Source: a virus
Lineage: Duplodnaviria > Caudoviricetes
IMG/VR virus record: IMGVR_UViG_3300042397_003635
Length of the DNA: 64,000 nt
Direction: 5' to 3' (one strand)
A program made the translations under genes and the position numbers. The notes beneath the pieces are model-generated. The model saw only the letters and a list, made by a program, of their open reading frames with translations, was not told the DNA's origin and made no database searches. Shown piece after piece: positions 28,404 through 37,200 of this stretch; the first letter of the stretch is position 1; every line of letters begins with the position of its first letter.

Positions 28404-28784
28404 TTACCACCATGAGGTGTAATAGACATATTCTCCAGCCGCGATCGCCTCTCTCGCTTCTCTAATAAACTCGAGGTCGCCTTTAATTTCGTCCTCATCC
28501 AATTGGCTATTACCAAAGAAGAAGCCGGCAGTTTGGGGTAATTGACCCTCTTTAATATGGCGCTCTAGCTGGTCCAAATCGTCGAGGTCTACTTCAACAT
28601 TTACACAGTTGAAGCTATCAGCTGTACCGCCTTTAAGGTAATACAAGCTTTCCATCCAACCGTGCAGGTTAGGGTGCTTACGCCAGTAGTGAAGCTCTCT
28701 GTCTTCAACTCCTTCTTCGCTTTTGAAATCTACTGCAGTTTCTGGTTTGGTACTGCGAACCTGTGCATACATGTCTAATCCCAT
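28404..28784 (-). CDS. Conserved hypothetical phage protein
   Basis: MGLDMYA..YWRKHPNLHGWM..FNC..TAGFFFG..VYYTSWW. Confidence 0.75.
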   Translation of the reverse strand: MGLDMYAQVRSTKPETAVDFKSEEGVEDRELHYWRKHPNLHGWMESLYYLKGGTADSFNCVNVEVDLDDLDQLERHIKEGQLPQTAGFFFGNSQLDEDEIKGDLEFIREAREAIAAGEYVYYTSWW

Positions 28785-28834
28785 TTTAGTTTGATTTAAT
28801 TGATTAATATTATTATACTTACTACGGAGTTATC

Positions 28835-29020
28835 TTATTCGTTACCGGCCCCATCGAAGTAGAGGAATTCTACTACCTCAGCTTGGTCAAAGATTCCTAG
28901 GTCTTCGAACATTGTGTAGGCCCCATCGGGGTCGGACATTGCTACGACCTCCATTGCTTGGTAGACCGCGTCCTGACCCCATATTTCGATTGCTTCGTCG
29001 ATTGCTTCTTGCGTTGCCAT
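28835..29020 (-). CDS. Hypothetical acidic protein
   Basis: 61 aa ORF. Confidence 0.6.
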   Translation of the reverse strand: MATQEAIDEAIEIWGQDAVYQAMEVVAMSDPDGAYTMFEDLGIFDQAEVVEFLYFDGAGNE

Positions 29021-29022
29021 AG

Positions 29023-29436
29023 TTAGATAGATTTTAAGAGTTGAGTAAAGTTAGGAGCTTCAGCTAAAGGTTCGTTGAATCCTTTTTCGCGTGAAAAGAT
29101 TTCAGCTTGGCCGCTATGACCAGATTTAGGAGTTACCCAATAGAGTACCTCACCGGATTCGCGATCGCAGATAGAGAATGAATCATAAAGCGGTCCACCC
29201 ATTGGGCAGTTATTCTTAAAGAATACATACACCTTACTGCAATCGATTGGGTTTCCTTTTTCGCGAAAGTACTTTACCAACTTGATTACCTTGCTCTGAA
29301 GGGATTTAGCTCTACGCTCCAATGAAGCATCACTACAAAACCAGTCATAGAAATCATGACAGTGAGAGTACAGAGCAGATTCACCTTGACCCCATGCGTA
29401 CATTTGGTCTACTAATGTTACTTGATTTTCTTGCAT
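29023..29436 (-). CDS. Hypothetical phage protein
   Basis: DFYDWFC..YVFFKNNCPMGGPLYDSFSICD; follows early promoter. Confidence 0.7.
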   Translation of the reverse strand: MQENQVTLVDQMYAWGQGESALYSHCHDFYDWFCSDASLERRAKSLQSKVIKLVKYFREKGNPIDCSKVYVFFKNNCPMGGPLYDSFSICDRESGEVLYWVTPKSGHSGQAEIFSREKGFNEPLAEAPNFTQLLKSI

Positions 29437-29526
29437 AATTAGATTGTTTAAGTATTAATTGATATGTAAATATAACCAAAATCTTTGACAGTAAAAAATA
29501 TTTGGCTACTTTTTTTTAAAATATTT

Positions 29527-29646
29527 TTACACGTAACCTCCGCAATCTCTGCATTTTCTTAGGACCAGTCCAGATACGTGACGGACAGCAATGTAGGTTT
29601 TTTCGTGCGGGCAGCTCTTTGGTTTTTCTATTTGTTTATTTTGCAT
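29527..29646 (-). CDS. Zn-ribbon microprotein (39 aa; not in ORF track)
   Basis: Read manually: MQNKQIEKPKSCPHEKTYIAVRHVSGLVLRKCRDCGGYV; ATG 2 nt after the promoter motif. Confidence 0.55.
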   Translation of the reverse strand: MQNKQIEKPKSCPHEKTYIAVRHVSGLVLRKCRDCGGYV

Positions 29647-29936
29647 ATGTAAATATAACCAATTAGTTTGACACTAAAAAACTTTTTTATACTTTTTTTC
29701 AAATTATTTTTCAGAAGTTATTAACATACTTATTAACATTCCAAAAAGTCTGAGGTAGGTCGGAGTATACCTCCCGCTTCCTTGTTCCGAACCGTCCCGT
29801 CATATTGATTGATTGACATAGTAAATATAACCAATTAGTTTGAAAGAAAAAAATATTTGATGAATTATTTTCAAAATATTTTAAACAAAAAAGGGAGAAC
29901 TTTCGATCTCCCAATTTCTATCAATTAACTACTAAA

Positions 29937-30353
29937 CTAAAACTCACTTCGTAATTCGTCGAGACGGGCTTTTTCTTGTGGAGTTAGACCACTTAAACCT
30001 TTAACTGAAATCAATTCCAGTAAATCGTCCATTGTGAGGTCCACAGTGAAATTGGTTTGGGATGAGGTTTCACCTAAACCAAAAACGGATTTACGAACTT
30101 TTTCTGGAAGATTAACATCGAAATCTTCTAAGGTCGTAACCATAAATGGTACTTCACTTAACTCACTATCGTTTTTAAAACGATCTCTAATTTGAGTTGG
30201 GGTCAACTCACTTTTGAAAACTGAAATAATAATTCCTGGAAGTGGAAGAATTTTCGCTTCAGTTTTGTTAGCGATAATTTCAGACATTAGGACTTCTGAA
30301 ACTCTTGGGTCTGGACCCATCCCGAAACGGGCGAACACGATTTGATTTGACAT
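29937..30353 (-). CDS. Hypothetical protein
   Basis: C-terminal LTMDDLLELISVKGLSGLTPQEKARL; follows early promoter. Confidence 0.65.
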   Translation of the reverse strand: MSNQIVFARFGMGPDPRVSEVLMSEIIANKTEAKILPLPGIIISVFKSELTPTQIRDRFKNDSELSEVPFMVTTLEDFDVNLPEKVRKSVFGLGETSSQTNFTVDLTMDDLLELISVKGLSGLTPQEKARLDELRSEF

Positions 30354-30454
30354 ATAGATTGGTTTTAATTATAAAGTAAATATAAACAATATTCTTGACA
30401 AGTAAAAACTTTTAGTGAATTATTTTCCAAAAAGTTATTAACAATTGGGAGAGA

Positions 30455-30670
30455 TTAATCTTCTCTCTCCCATTCTTCAATGACCTCCGCATCATAAAGG
30501 TCTCCACGACTTCCAAATCCAAATGTTCCTTCGATCGTTGGTTTACATAGGATTACTTTGTAGTTATAGGCTTCTTCGCAACACGCCTCAAACTCCGCTT
30601 GGGCTTTTTCAAGATTTTCAGTTAAGAAATAGGAATCACCATCGTGATTAAGATTGATAATTAGGTACAT
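30455..30670 (-). CDS. Hypothetical protein
   Basis: Follows early promoter at 30699. Confidence 0.6.
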   Translation of the reverse strand: MYLIINLNHDGDSYFLTENLEKAQAEFEACCEEAYNYKVILCKPTIEGTFGFGSRGDLYDAEVIEEWERED

Positions 30671-30756
30671 AAGTTTTTATTTAGTTGATTAATATAAGGC
30701 TAATATAACCAAAATACTTGACACTAAAAAATTTTTTTACACTTTTTTTCAAAAAA

Positions 30757-30912
30757 TTATGGGACTATAAAATCCCATAACTCTTCTCCTGTTGGCTTGC
30801 CATCTCGAAGAATCTCGTAGTTTGGATCCATGCCGCTGGACATGACATCATCGATAAGTTCTTGTAGCGTTGGGAATTCCTTCTTGTAGTAGCTGCAATC
30901 TAGTGTCCACAT
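30757..30912 (-). CDS. Hypothetical microprotein (51 aa; not in ORF track)
   Basis: Read manually: MWTLDCSYYKKEFPTLQELIDDVMSSGMDPNYEILRDGKPTGEELWDFIVP. Confidence 0.65.
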   Translation of the reverse strand: MWTLDCSYYKKEFPTLQELIDDVMSSGMDPNYEILRDGKPTGEELWDFIVP

Positions 30913-31009
30913 AATTTCTAGTTTAATTGGTTATAATGCTAATATAATAAAAAATCCCCAAAGAAAAAAATCTTTGAGGACTTATTTTAAGAAAAGTTAT
31001 TAACAGTTC

Positions 31010-31237
31010 TTATAGCTCCATAACCAACTGGGCTAAGCCACTAGCTAGCCAGTCTTGAATCTCTTTAAAAGCATTGTCTGCTTCTTCTTGAGTTCCAAAA
31101 GAAATGGTCTTAATTTGACGTGTAGTCTCCGGCCAAACAATACGGATTACCGCATTTGTTAAGTGGATTTCTTCGCCACCACCCAAGCAATAGATTACTT
31201 TGGTGTCTTCTCTGTGTAGTACTAGTGTCTTAACCAT
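31010..31237 (-). CDS. Hypothetical protein
   Basis: 75 aa, coupled to the upstream gene. Confidence 0.55.
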   Translation of the reverse strand: MVKTLVLHREDTKVIYCLGGGEEIHLTNAVIRIVWPETTRQIKTISFGTQEEADNAFKEIQDWLASGLAQLVMEL

Positions 31238-31599
31238 TACTTTGTTGTTTTAGTTGTCTTGGATTTAGGAGTAGTTGCCTTTGCAGCTGGCTTGCTTGCC
31301 TTCTGCGCAGGTTTTGCAGAGGTCTTAGACGTCTTTGCAGTTGTCTTAGTTGTCTCTTTAGCAGGCTTAGTCGAAGCTTTCTTAGGAGCTTTCTTCTCAG
31401 CTTTAGTAGGGGCTGGTGCTACGGTTTCTTCAGCTACTACTGGATAAGGTTTCGCAACCTCTTCCGCTTTTGCTGTAGGAATCTCGTTAACAACCGCTGA
31501 CCATTTCTCGAATGAATCAACGATTTGTTTATCCTTAGCTACTTCTTGTTCTGCTTTACCCGTCAATCCTTTAAACCAGTTTGCGATCGCTTTAAACAT
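31237..31599 (-). CDS. Lys/Ala/Thr-rich histone-H1-like protein
   Basis: C-terminal KKAPKKASTKPAKETTKTTAKTSKTSAKPA tail. Confidence 0.55.
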   Translation of the reverse strand: MFKAIANWFKGLTGKAEQEVAKDKQIVDSFEKWSAVVNEIPTAKAEEVAKPYPVVAEETVAPAPTKAEKKAPKKASTKPAKETTKTTAKTSKTSAKPAQKASKPAAKATTPKSKTTKTTK

Positions 31600-31716
31600 G
31601 AGTATAAGTATTTTTGATATCTTTTATTAATATACATTAAAAGGTTTTAATATTAACCCAAAACAGGAGGTCGCTGGGACACTCCTGTTGGATTATCTTT
31701 TGAGGGATAATAGAAT

Positions 31717-32022
31717 CTATTGAATCGCTAAAAGGGCTGTCAACTCAATAAGAGCTTGTCTTGTAACAATACCCGAATCTCCGCCAATATGCCATTCAAT
31801 AATCTCGTCTTTCTTTATTGGTCTATACTCTTTCCAATCATAGATTGTGAATACTCGTCCGTCATTTAATTCGCAAGTCCAGTCAAAGTTTACTTTATCC
31901 TCGCCAGTATTCTCGCTATGCTGGGGCTCACCAATCGCCTGGACTAATTGGTTATAAGAACACACGATTACAGTGTCGTGAAAGGACGTCATGTTAGCAG
32001 ATTTAAAACTTAGTTTAGCCAT
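31717..32022 (-). CDS. Hypothetical phage protein
   Basis: SYNQLVQAIGEP..DKVNFDW..FTIYDWK..WHIGG. Confidence 0.7.
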   Translation of the reverse strand: MAKLSFKSANMTSFHDTVIVCSYNQLVQAIGEPQHSENTGEDKVNFDWTCELNDGRVFTIYDWKEYRPIKKDEIIEWHIGGDSGIVTRQALIELTALLAIQ

Positions 32023-32152
32023 AGTTATATTTGATTTAATTGATTACTAGATTCCAGCTGGCCCCTGTGCGGAGGCCTTGTCAGAGATTTGATGTGCAGA
32101 TTGTTTTTGTTTCATATGTAAATATAAACAATTTCTTTGACACTAAAAAATT

Positions 32153-32392
32153 TTATTTCAAATTTTTATACCAGTTAAGGGTACCTTGCATCTTTCGAAT
32201 TTTCATGTCTAGACCAAAGTTAGATCCAACTAATCGACCTACTTTCATAGGATAGAATCCCATCTCGTCTTTACCTGTTTCGTCAGCTCCAATTTCTTCA
32301 ATGGATTTGGAGTGTTCTTCTAATTCTGTTATAAATTTTTCAATATCTTCCATTAAGGAAGCATAAGCCCGGGCTTTTTCGTGTACTGTCAT
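32153..32392 (-). CDS. Hypothetical protein
   Basis: 79 aa ORF. Confidence 0.55.
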   Translation of the reverse strand: MTVHEKARAYASLMEDIEKFITELEEHSKSIEEIGADETGKDEMGFYPMKVGRLVGSNFGLDMKIRKMQGTLNWYKNLK

Positions 32393-32398
32393 ATCTTT

Positions 32399-32710
32399 TT
32401 ATTTTAATAATTTAATTGGAGTTCCAACATTATAGATTAAGCTTGAAAAGAATTTGAATCCTTTATAGCTTGTCTTATCTGCGCGACCAATAGCACCCAT
32501 AAGATCGTTAGCAATAAAGCTCTGTACAAAGCTTCCACCTTCATATCCTACCTTCCACTTAGTGCAAAGCATAGAAGTTCCTATATCGATGAGGTGTAAT
32601 CTTTCGCTTTCTGATATTTCGGATAATCCTGTCCATTGAGCATTATCATCAAGGTAGGTTTCTACCTCTGCTCTTACGATGTTAATTTGTTCTTCTCTAG
32701 TCATTGTCAT
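32399..32710 (-). CDS. Hypothetical protein
   Basis: GYEGGSFVQSFIANDLMGAIGRAD; follows early promoter. Confidence 0.65.
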   Translation of the reverse strand: MTMTREEQINIVRAEVETYLDDNAQWTGLSEISESERLHLIDIGTSMLCTKWKVGYEGGSFVQSFIANDLMGAIGRADKTSYKGFKFFSSLIYNVGTPIKLLK

Positions 32711-32795
32711 ATTGTTTGATTTACATAGTAAATATAATAAAAAAACCTGAATTAAAAAAATCCAGGCTTAATTATTTTCTAAAAAGTTATTAACA

Positions 32796-32936
32796 TTATT
32801 CAGGCTTACCGTCTATACCCCATCTCTCTTTTTGTTCTTCTTCAAGTATATCCAGTTCTTTATCAAGATCCTCTAGCCATTGATCCAGGTCTTGTTGCGC
32901 AGGTTGTTCTGCCCCTTCTTTTTCTTTTGGATCCAT
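32796..32936 (-). CDS. Acidic microprotein (46 aa; not in ORF track)
   Basis: Read manually: MDPKEKEGAEQPAQQDLDQWLEDLDKELDILEEEQKERWGIDGKPE. Confidence 0.5.
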   Translation of the reverse strand: MDPKEKEGAEQPAQQDLDQWLEDLDKELDILEEEQKERWGIDGKPE

Positions 32937-32945
32937 AATAATAGA

Positions 32946-33111
32946 TTATTTTTTACTTACTGCCCATATTTGCAAGAATGCTTTAAGCGGTAGATTCTTG
33001 CGATTTGCGAAGTGTTTAGCGGCGGCCAATCTGCCAGTTGTAAAAACTTTATCAACAGCCTCGGTTGATTTATCAAGTTTTGCGTAATAGTAATAGGTTC
33101 CTACTGACATG
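32946..33111 (-). pseudogene. Small gene with an apparent +1 frameshift near its start
   Basis: ATG frame gives MSVGT then stops after 12 aa; an alternative frame without a start gives YYYYAKLDKSTEAVDKVFTTGRLAAAKHFANRKNLPLKAFLQIWAVSKK. Confidence 0.35.
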
Positions 33112-33147
33112 ATTATATGTTATGTTATAGTATTATCTATTCTTATA

Positions 33148-33459
33148 CTAATAGCTTGCATTTCTGGTTTCGCCAGTTCGCCTATTATGTGCATACTTTA
33201 TTCCTAATCCCTTATGCTCGTATAATAAGATTCCATTAGTAAAAGAAATAGGTTCTTCTTTTTCTAATCCTAATCTATACATACCTCTGCTTTCGCCAGT
33301 TGCAGTAAAGAAATTGCATTCGCCGGTTCTAGACATGCAACAGATTTCTTCTCTATCCCAACCAATTATCTCGTAATTACCTAAGACAAACTGGGTTCGT
33401 GTACCATCGTCGTGTACAACGCTAGCATAGCTTCCTTGCTCTTCGACATAGCTTATCAT
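33148..33459 (-). CDS. Hypothetical protein
   Basis: 103 aa ORF. Confidence 0.55.
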   Translation of the reverse strand: MISYVEEQGSYASVVHDDGTRTQFVLGNYEIIGWDREEICCMSRTGECNFFTATGESRGMYRLGLEKEEPISFTNGILLYEHKGLGIKYAHNRRTGETRNASY

Positions 33460-33857
33460 ATCTTTCCTTCTTTAAATTGTTTATTAAAATCTTCTTCTGT
33501 CATAAACCCATCCTTAATCATGTCATCGTAGGCACAACCCTTTGCGCTGGTCTTATAGACTACTTCACCACTTGGATCCAGCTCAGCCTCAAGTAATCCA
33601 GCATCTACCATTTCTGAAATAGTATTCCGCAATTGCGCCTTTTCTGCTGACTCTATTGCAGCTACTACTTGTGCTTCGCTAAGCTGAGGTGTAGCTTCCA
33701 TTACCAACTGGCCTCGCATATTATCAAGGGCCATGTTAGTTATTTCAAGAATTAGAGTTTCTTGATCTAGGTCTCCTTCTTTATCGTCGTCTAAAATTGC
33801 GATAGCGATTTCAAGAGCATATCCTTTAGCGATCCATTGTTTAAGTTGGTCTTGCAT
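33456..33857 (-). CDS. Hypothetical acidic protein
   Basis: 133 aa ORF. Confidence 0.55.
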   Translation of the reverse strand: MQDQLKQWIAKGYALEIAIAILDDDKEGDLDQETLILEITNMALDNMRGQLVMEATPQLSEAQVVAAIESAEKAQLRNTISEMVDAGLLEAELDPSGEVVYKTSAKGCAYDDMIKDGFMTEEDFNKQFKEGKI

Positions 33858-33878
33858 TTTCTTTAGATTTAAAATTGA

Positions 33879-34595
33879 TTAGTTAAAAGCTTTACGTAGT
33901 TTGTGACGAGCTAAGCGAAGAGTTTGATTCACTTTAGAAATTTCCATTCCTAATTCATCAGCAGTTTCTTTAGCAGAGCGAGCTTCGCCTCTGTCGATTC
34001 CATAGAAAGTTTCGATTACCTTACGGTCATGGTCATTTAACTTGTTTAGCACTGCTGCAACTTGTTGCTCAACACTTTGCTCTTCAAATGGATCTACAAA
34101 ATCTGCACGAAGAATAAGATCACCTAAGGTATTATCTCCATCCTCGCCGATTGGGCGGTCTAATCTAATATTAGTAAGATTAATATCCTCACCAGCCATT
34201 TTGCGCTTGTAGATATCGTATTCCTGATTCATAGGCAAACGTACAGTACGTCCATACTCGCCAAGCGCAGTATTTAATTTCTTACGAATCCAAAACTGTG
34301 CATAAGTAATAAATTTAACATCTTTATCTGGAGTAAAACGACGAGCAGCTTCAATTAGACCGCAATTAGCTTCCATGATAAGGTCATCGATTGGTAGACC
34401 TAGTCCAATAAACTTATTCGCTAAGGTTACAGCGAACTTAAGGTTAGCATTTACTAGGGAGTGCAATGCTGCCTCGTCTCCGGCCTGAATCCGGATAGCT
34501 AATTCTTTTTCCGCAGCCTTGCTTAAAGGCTTCGCCAGTTTGTCAATACTCTTAAAGTATGCTGGTAAGTTAGATGATGCTTCAAATTTTGCCAT
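33879..34595 (-). CDS. RNA polymerase sigma-70 family factor (group 2/3-like; regions 1.2, 2, 4)
   Basis: YFKSIDKLAKPLSKAAEKEL, LVNANLKFAV, DDLIMEANCGLIEAARRF, KFITYAQFWIR, C-terminal HTH. Confidence 0.9.
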   Translation of the reverse strand: MAKFEASSNLPAYFKSIDKLAKPLSKAAEKELAIRIQAGDEAALHSLVNANLKFAVTLANKFIGLGLPIDDLIMEANCGLIEAARRFTPDKDVKFITYAQFWIRKKLNTALGEYGRTVRLPMNQEYDIYKRKMAGEDINLTNIRLDRPIGEDGDNTLGDLILRADFVDPFEEQSVEQQVAAVLNKLNDHDRKVIETFYGIDRGEARSAKETADELGMEISKVNQTLRLARHKLRKAFN

Positions 34596-34716
34596 AATTA
34601 TTTTTTTAAATTGATTGATTTATAATGTAAATATAATACTTTTTCTTGACATAGTACAATGTTTTTTAAAAAAGTTATTAACATTGTTTACTAGGGAGTG
34701 GCCCCTAGCCGGGGCC

Positions 34717-35106
34717 CTAGCCGAAGATTATGTCTTCAAAGAACACGGTCTGTAGTACTACATCAGCAGTGCATGCATCGTCATTCTCATTGATCATATC
34801 CATAAGATGGCTGGTTGGGGTAAGAGCTACTCGTTCATGTACATCCTTAAGGGTAATAGATTTTGTGTATTCTCCCTCACAGCCAATATCTACTAAGGTA
34901 ATCTTGTTACCATCACGTAGCATCTGCATAAGAACATCTTCGAAGCAAGGGCTGGTACCTGCATCTTTTAGCTTGGTTGCTGCGGTCTTGTATTCCGCTT
35001 CGTTAAAGTCCAATTCTAAATCGTAGCCGGTTACATAACCTAGGCCATTACACATTGCGTTAAAGAATATTTCTTCCGCTTCCTGTTTTTCTAATATTAT
35101 CTTCAT
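34717..35106 (-). CDS. Hypothetical phage protein
   Basis: C-terminal NDDACTADVVLQTVFFEDIIFG; follows early promoter. Confidence 0.7.
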   Translation of the reverse strand: MKIILEKQEAEEIFFNAMCNGLGYVTGYDLELDFNEAEYKTAATKLKDAGTSPCFEDVLMQMLRDGNKITLVDIGCEGEYTKSITLKDVHERVALTPTSHLMDMINENDDACTADVVLQTVFFEDIIFG

Positions 35107-35171
35107 GATTGGTTTATTTTATAATGTAAATATAATAAAAATTCTTGACAGTAAAAAATTTATTTTAAGGA

Positions 35172-35309
35172 TTAGAACTCGAAACTTGCTGTACTGCAAT
35201 AGTTTCCTGTTGCTAAGTTAAAGATTGCTGTGGTTAAACCGAAGATAAACAATCCGATTAAAACAATTTGCCATACTTTGAATACTCTTTCTAAAACTAA
35301 ATCTTTCAT
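35172..35309 (-). CDS. Membrane microprotein (45 aa; not in ORF track)
   Basis: Read manually: MKDLVLERVFKVWQIVLIGLFIFGLTTAIFNLATGNYCSTASFEF; follows early promoter. Confidence 0.55.
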   Translation of the reverse strand: MKDLVLERVFKVWQIVLIGLFIFGLTTAIFNLATGNYCSTASFEF

Positions 35310-35408
35310 ATCTCTATTTGTTTAATTGATTAATATAAGTAAATATAATACTTTTTCTTGACAGTAAAAAACTTTTTAGCACTTTTTTTCAAAAAAGTTA
35401 TTAACAAT

Positions 35409-35597
35409 TTACAGGATAGCTATTCCTAAATCAAGGAGTTCCGCTCTAAGAATAATATCATTATCAAATTTTTCCTGTCCGCTTTTCGCGAAAATTAAAG
35501 TTGGACCTTGAAGAGATATAACATAATCTTGTTGGGATAATCCTGCTTCGCTTAAAGATTTCTCAACTTTCTTAATAAGATTCATTTTACTTTTCAT
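35409..35597 (-). CDS. Hypothetical protein
   Basis: Start moved to MKSKMNL because the track start lies inside the promoter. Confidence 0.55.
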   Translation of the reverse strand: MKSKMNLIKKVEKSLSEAGLSQQDYVISLQGPTLIFAKSGQEKFDNDIILRAELLDLGIAIL

Positions 35598-35697
35598 TGT
35601 GTTTGTTTTTAAGTTATAAGTAAATATAATACTTTTATTTGAAAGTAAAAAACTTTTTAGCACTTTTTTTCAAAAAAGTTATTAACAATTTTTAGAG

Positions 35698-35889
35698 TTA
35701 GTTAATTAACTGGGTAAGGTTAAAAAGTTCTTCAGCAATTGGGAGTATTTCTTCTTTCGCAAAGCTATAACACTCTACAGTTTCTACTGCTTCTTCTTTG
35801 GTCATTCCACTTAGGGAGAAAAGATCGTGTTCTTGTTTTAAATCTCTTAAGATTGCCTTTGCTTCTTTTAGCGGATTTAATTTTTTCAT
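35698..35889 (-). CDS. Hypothetical protein
   Basis: Follows early promoter at 35911. Confidence 0.6.
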   Translation of the reverse strand: MKKLNPLKEAKAILRDLKQEHDLFSLSGMTKEEAVETVECYSFAKEEILPIAEELFNLTQLIN

Positions 35890-36034
35890 AGGTATAGCGT
35901 TTTAGTATATGCTAATATAAACAAAAAACCCCAAATAAAAAAATCTGGGGTCAATTATTTTTAAAATATTTTCCTAAAAGAAAAAGGCCCTATTACTAGG
36001 ACCTCTTCTCATTATTAACCAATCAATCAAACAA

Positions 36035-36424
36035 TTATTTCTCGCTTTTATTAATAACTATCTTACCACTTTTACTTGCGCTTTTGGCAATAGCTACTTC
36101 AACGGTTAAGACCCCATCTACAAGACGAGCTTCAATAGCATCGCGTCTGCTTGGCAGACCAAACTGGAATTCCTGCGCAGGAATCCAACCTGCTTTCTTT
36201 GCTTTAACAACTAAGTAATCATTGATAATATCGATATCAATCTCGTCTTCTGACCGGCCAGCAATAATCATTTGATATACTGCACGCTCATCAGTAATTT
36301 TGACATCATAGTTATCATGACTATGTGTAGTTGACATTAGTGTTGACCACATTGGGTCTCTTAATCCTTTAAGGATTTCTTGTGTTAAGCTCGGTTCGCC
36401 CGAGAAAAAAGTACGTAATCTCAT
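36035..36424 (-). CDS. Small heat-shock protein (Hsp20/alpha-crystallin, divergent)
   Basis: IAGRSEDEIDIDIINDYLVVKA, IEARLVDGVLTVEV. Confidence 0.75.
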   Translation of the reverse strand: MRLRTFFSGEPSLTQEILKGLRDPMWSTLMSTTHSHDNYDVKITDERAVYQMIIAGRSEDEIDIDIINDYLVVKAKKAGWIPAQEFQFGLPSRRDAIEARLVDGVLTVEVAIAKSASKSGKIVINKSEK

Positions 36425-36538
36425 GTTACATATAATTATTTTAATATTAATAAATCAAATTCTGTGCCAATACATTCTTGTATGACAATGTGTCCTACTA
36501 GACTGGGCCAATAGGACATAGTGTCATGTTAAATCAAA

Positions 36539-36751
36539 TTACTTGTACTGGGCTTGGATTTCTCTATGGATATGCTGAGCCCATTGATTAAAATCAGGTG
36601 CAGTGCTTGGAGCATAGGTTGACATTATCCTTGGCTTGGCCGGAATCGAAAGGTCAATTGAATCACCTTCTACTTGGCGGTTAGAGAATCCGCGGATTAA
36701 GATTTCTACTCCGCTTAGGAATTGTAGGATTGCTGCTTTGATTTTTTTCAT
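36539..36751 (-). CDS. Hypothetical protein
   Basis: 70 aa ORF. Confidence 0.55.
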   Translation of the reverse strand: MKKIKAAILQFLSGVEILIRGFSNRQVEGDSIDLSIPAKPRIMSTYAPSTAPDFNQWAQHIHREIQAQYK

Positions 36752-36752
36752 G

Positions 36753-36929
36753 TTATTGAATTTTAAGTTTCATTAAGATTTCACGCTTTACTAATTCAGG
36801 CCAGGTCTTTGCGAATATTGGGGTTTTACCCTTATCCATTAGAGCTTGGATTTCTGCTTGGAATCCTTCGACCCATAAGTCCATTCCTGCTTTGATTGCT
36901 TCCTTTTCTACTTCAGTTAATTTTGCCAT
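36753..36929 (-). CDS. Hypothetical microprotein (58 aa; not in ORF track)
   Basis: Read manually: MAKLTEVEKEAIKAGMDLWVEGFQAEIQ...; follows early promoter. Confidence 0.6.
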   Translation of the reverse strand: MAKLTEVEKEAIKAGMDLWVEGFQAEIQALMDKGKTPIFAKTWPELVKREILMKLKIQ

Positions 36930-37004
36930 ATCTTATTTGTTGTTTGGTTATAGTGTAAATATAATACTTTTTCTTGACAGTAAAAAATTTTTAATAGACT
37001 ATTT

Positions 37005-37133
37005 TTAATCCATCCATTTACCATCATGAATTAAATGCCAAAACCTATGCTTTAATACTTCGAATATTAGGGAACCTAAGCTATCACACTTGTAAACTCC
37101 AGCTCCCTTTACTATAAGTTTGAATTTAGACAT
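37005..37133 (-). CDS. Hypothetical microprotein (42 aa; not in ORF track)
   Basis: Read manually: MSKFKLIVKGAGVYKCDSLGSLIFEVLKHRFWHLIHDGKWMD. Confidence 0.55.
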   Translation of the reverse strand: MSKFKLIVKGAGVYKCDSLGSLIFEVLKHRFWHLIHDGKWMD

Positions 37134-37200
37134 TATATTTGTTGTTTAGTTACATAGTAAATATAACCAATTAAGTTGACAGTAAAAAACTTTTTATTAA

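Larger units (their letters stand above)
25113..35687. promoter_or_regulatory. DnaA-box-like element GTTATTAACA (9 copies) upstream of early promoters
   Basis: At 25113, 28077, 29717, 30434, 30996, 32786, 34674, 35397, 35678; extra TTATTAACA at 29730. Confidence 0.7.

Noticed and set aside
29711-29914. 67-aa ORF
   Set aside because: Runs through a promoter, A/T tracts and DnaA-like boxes (its NVNKYVNN end is the box sequence), so likely spurious
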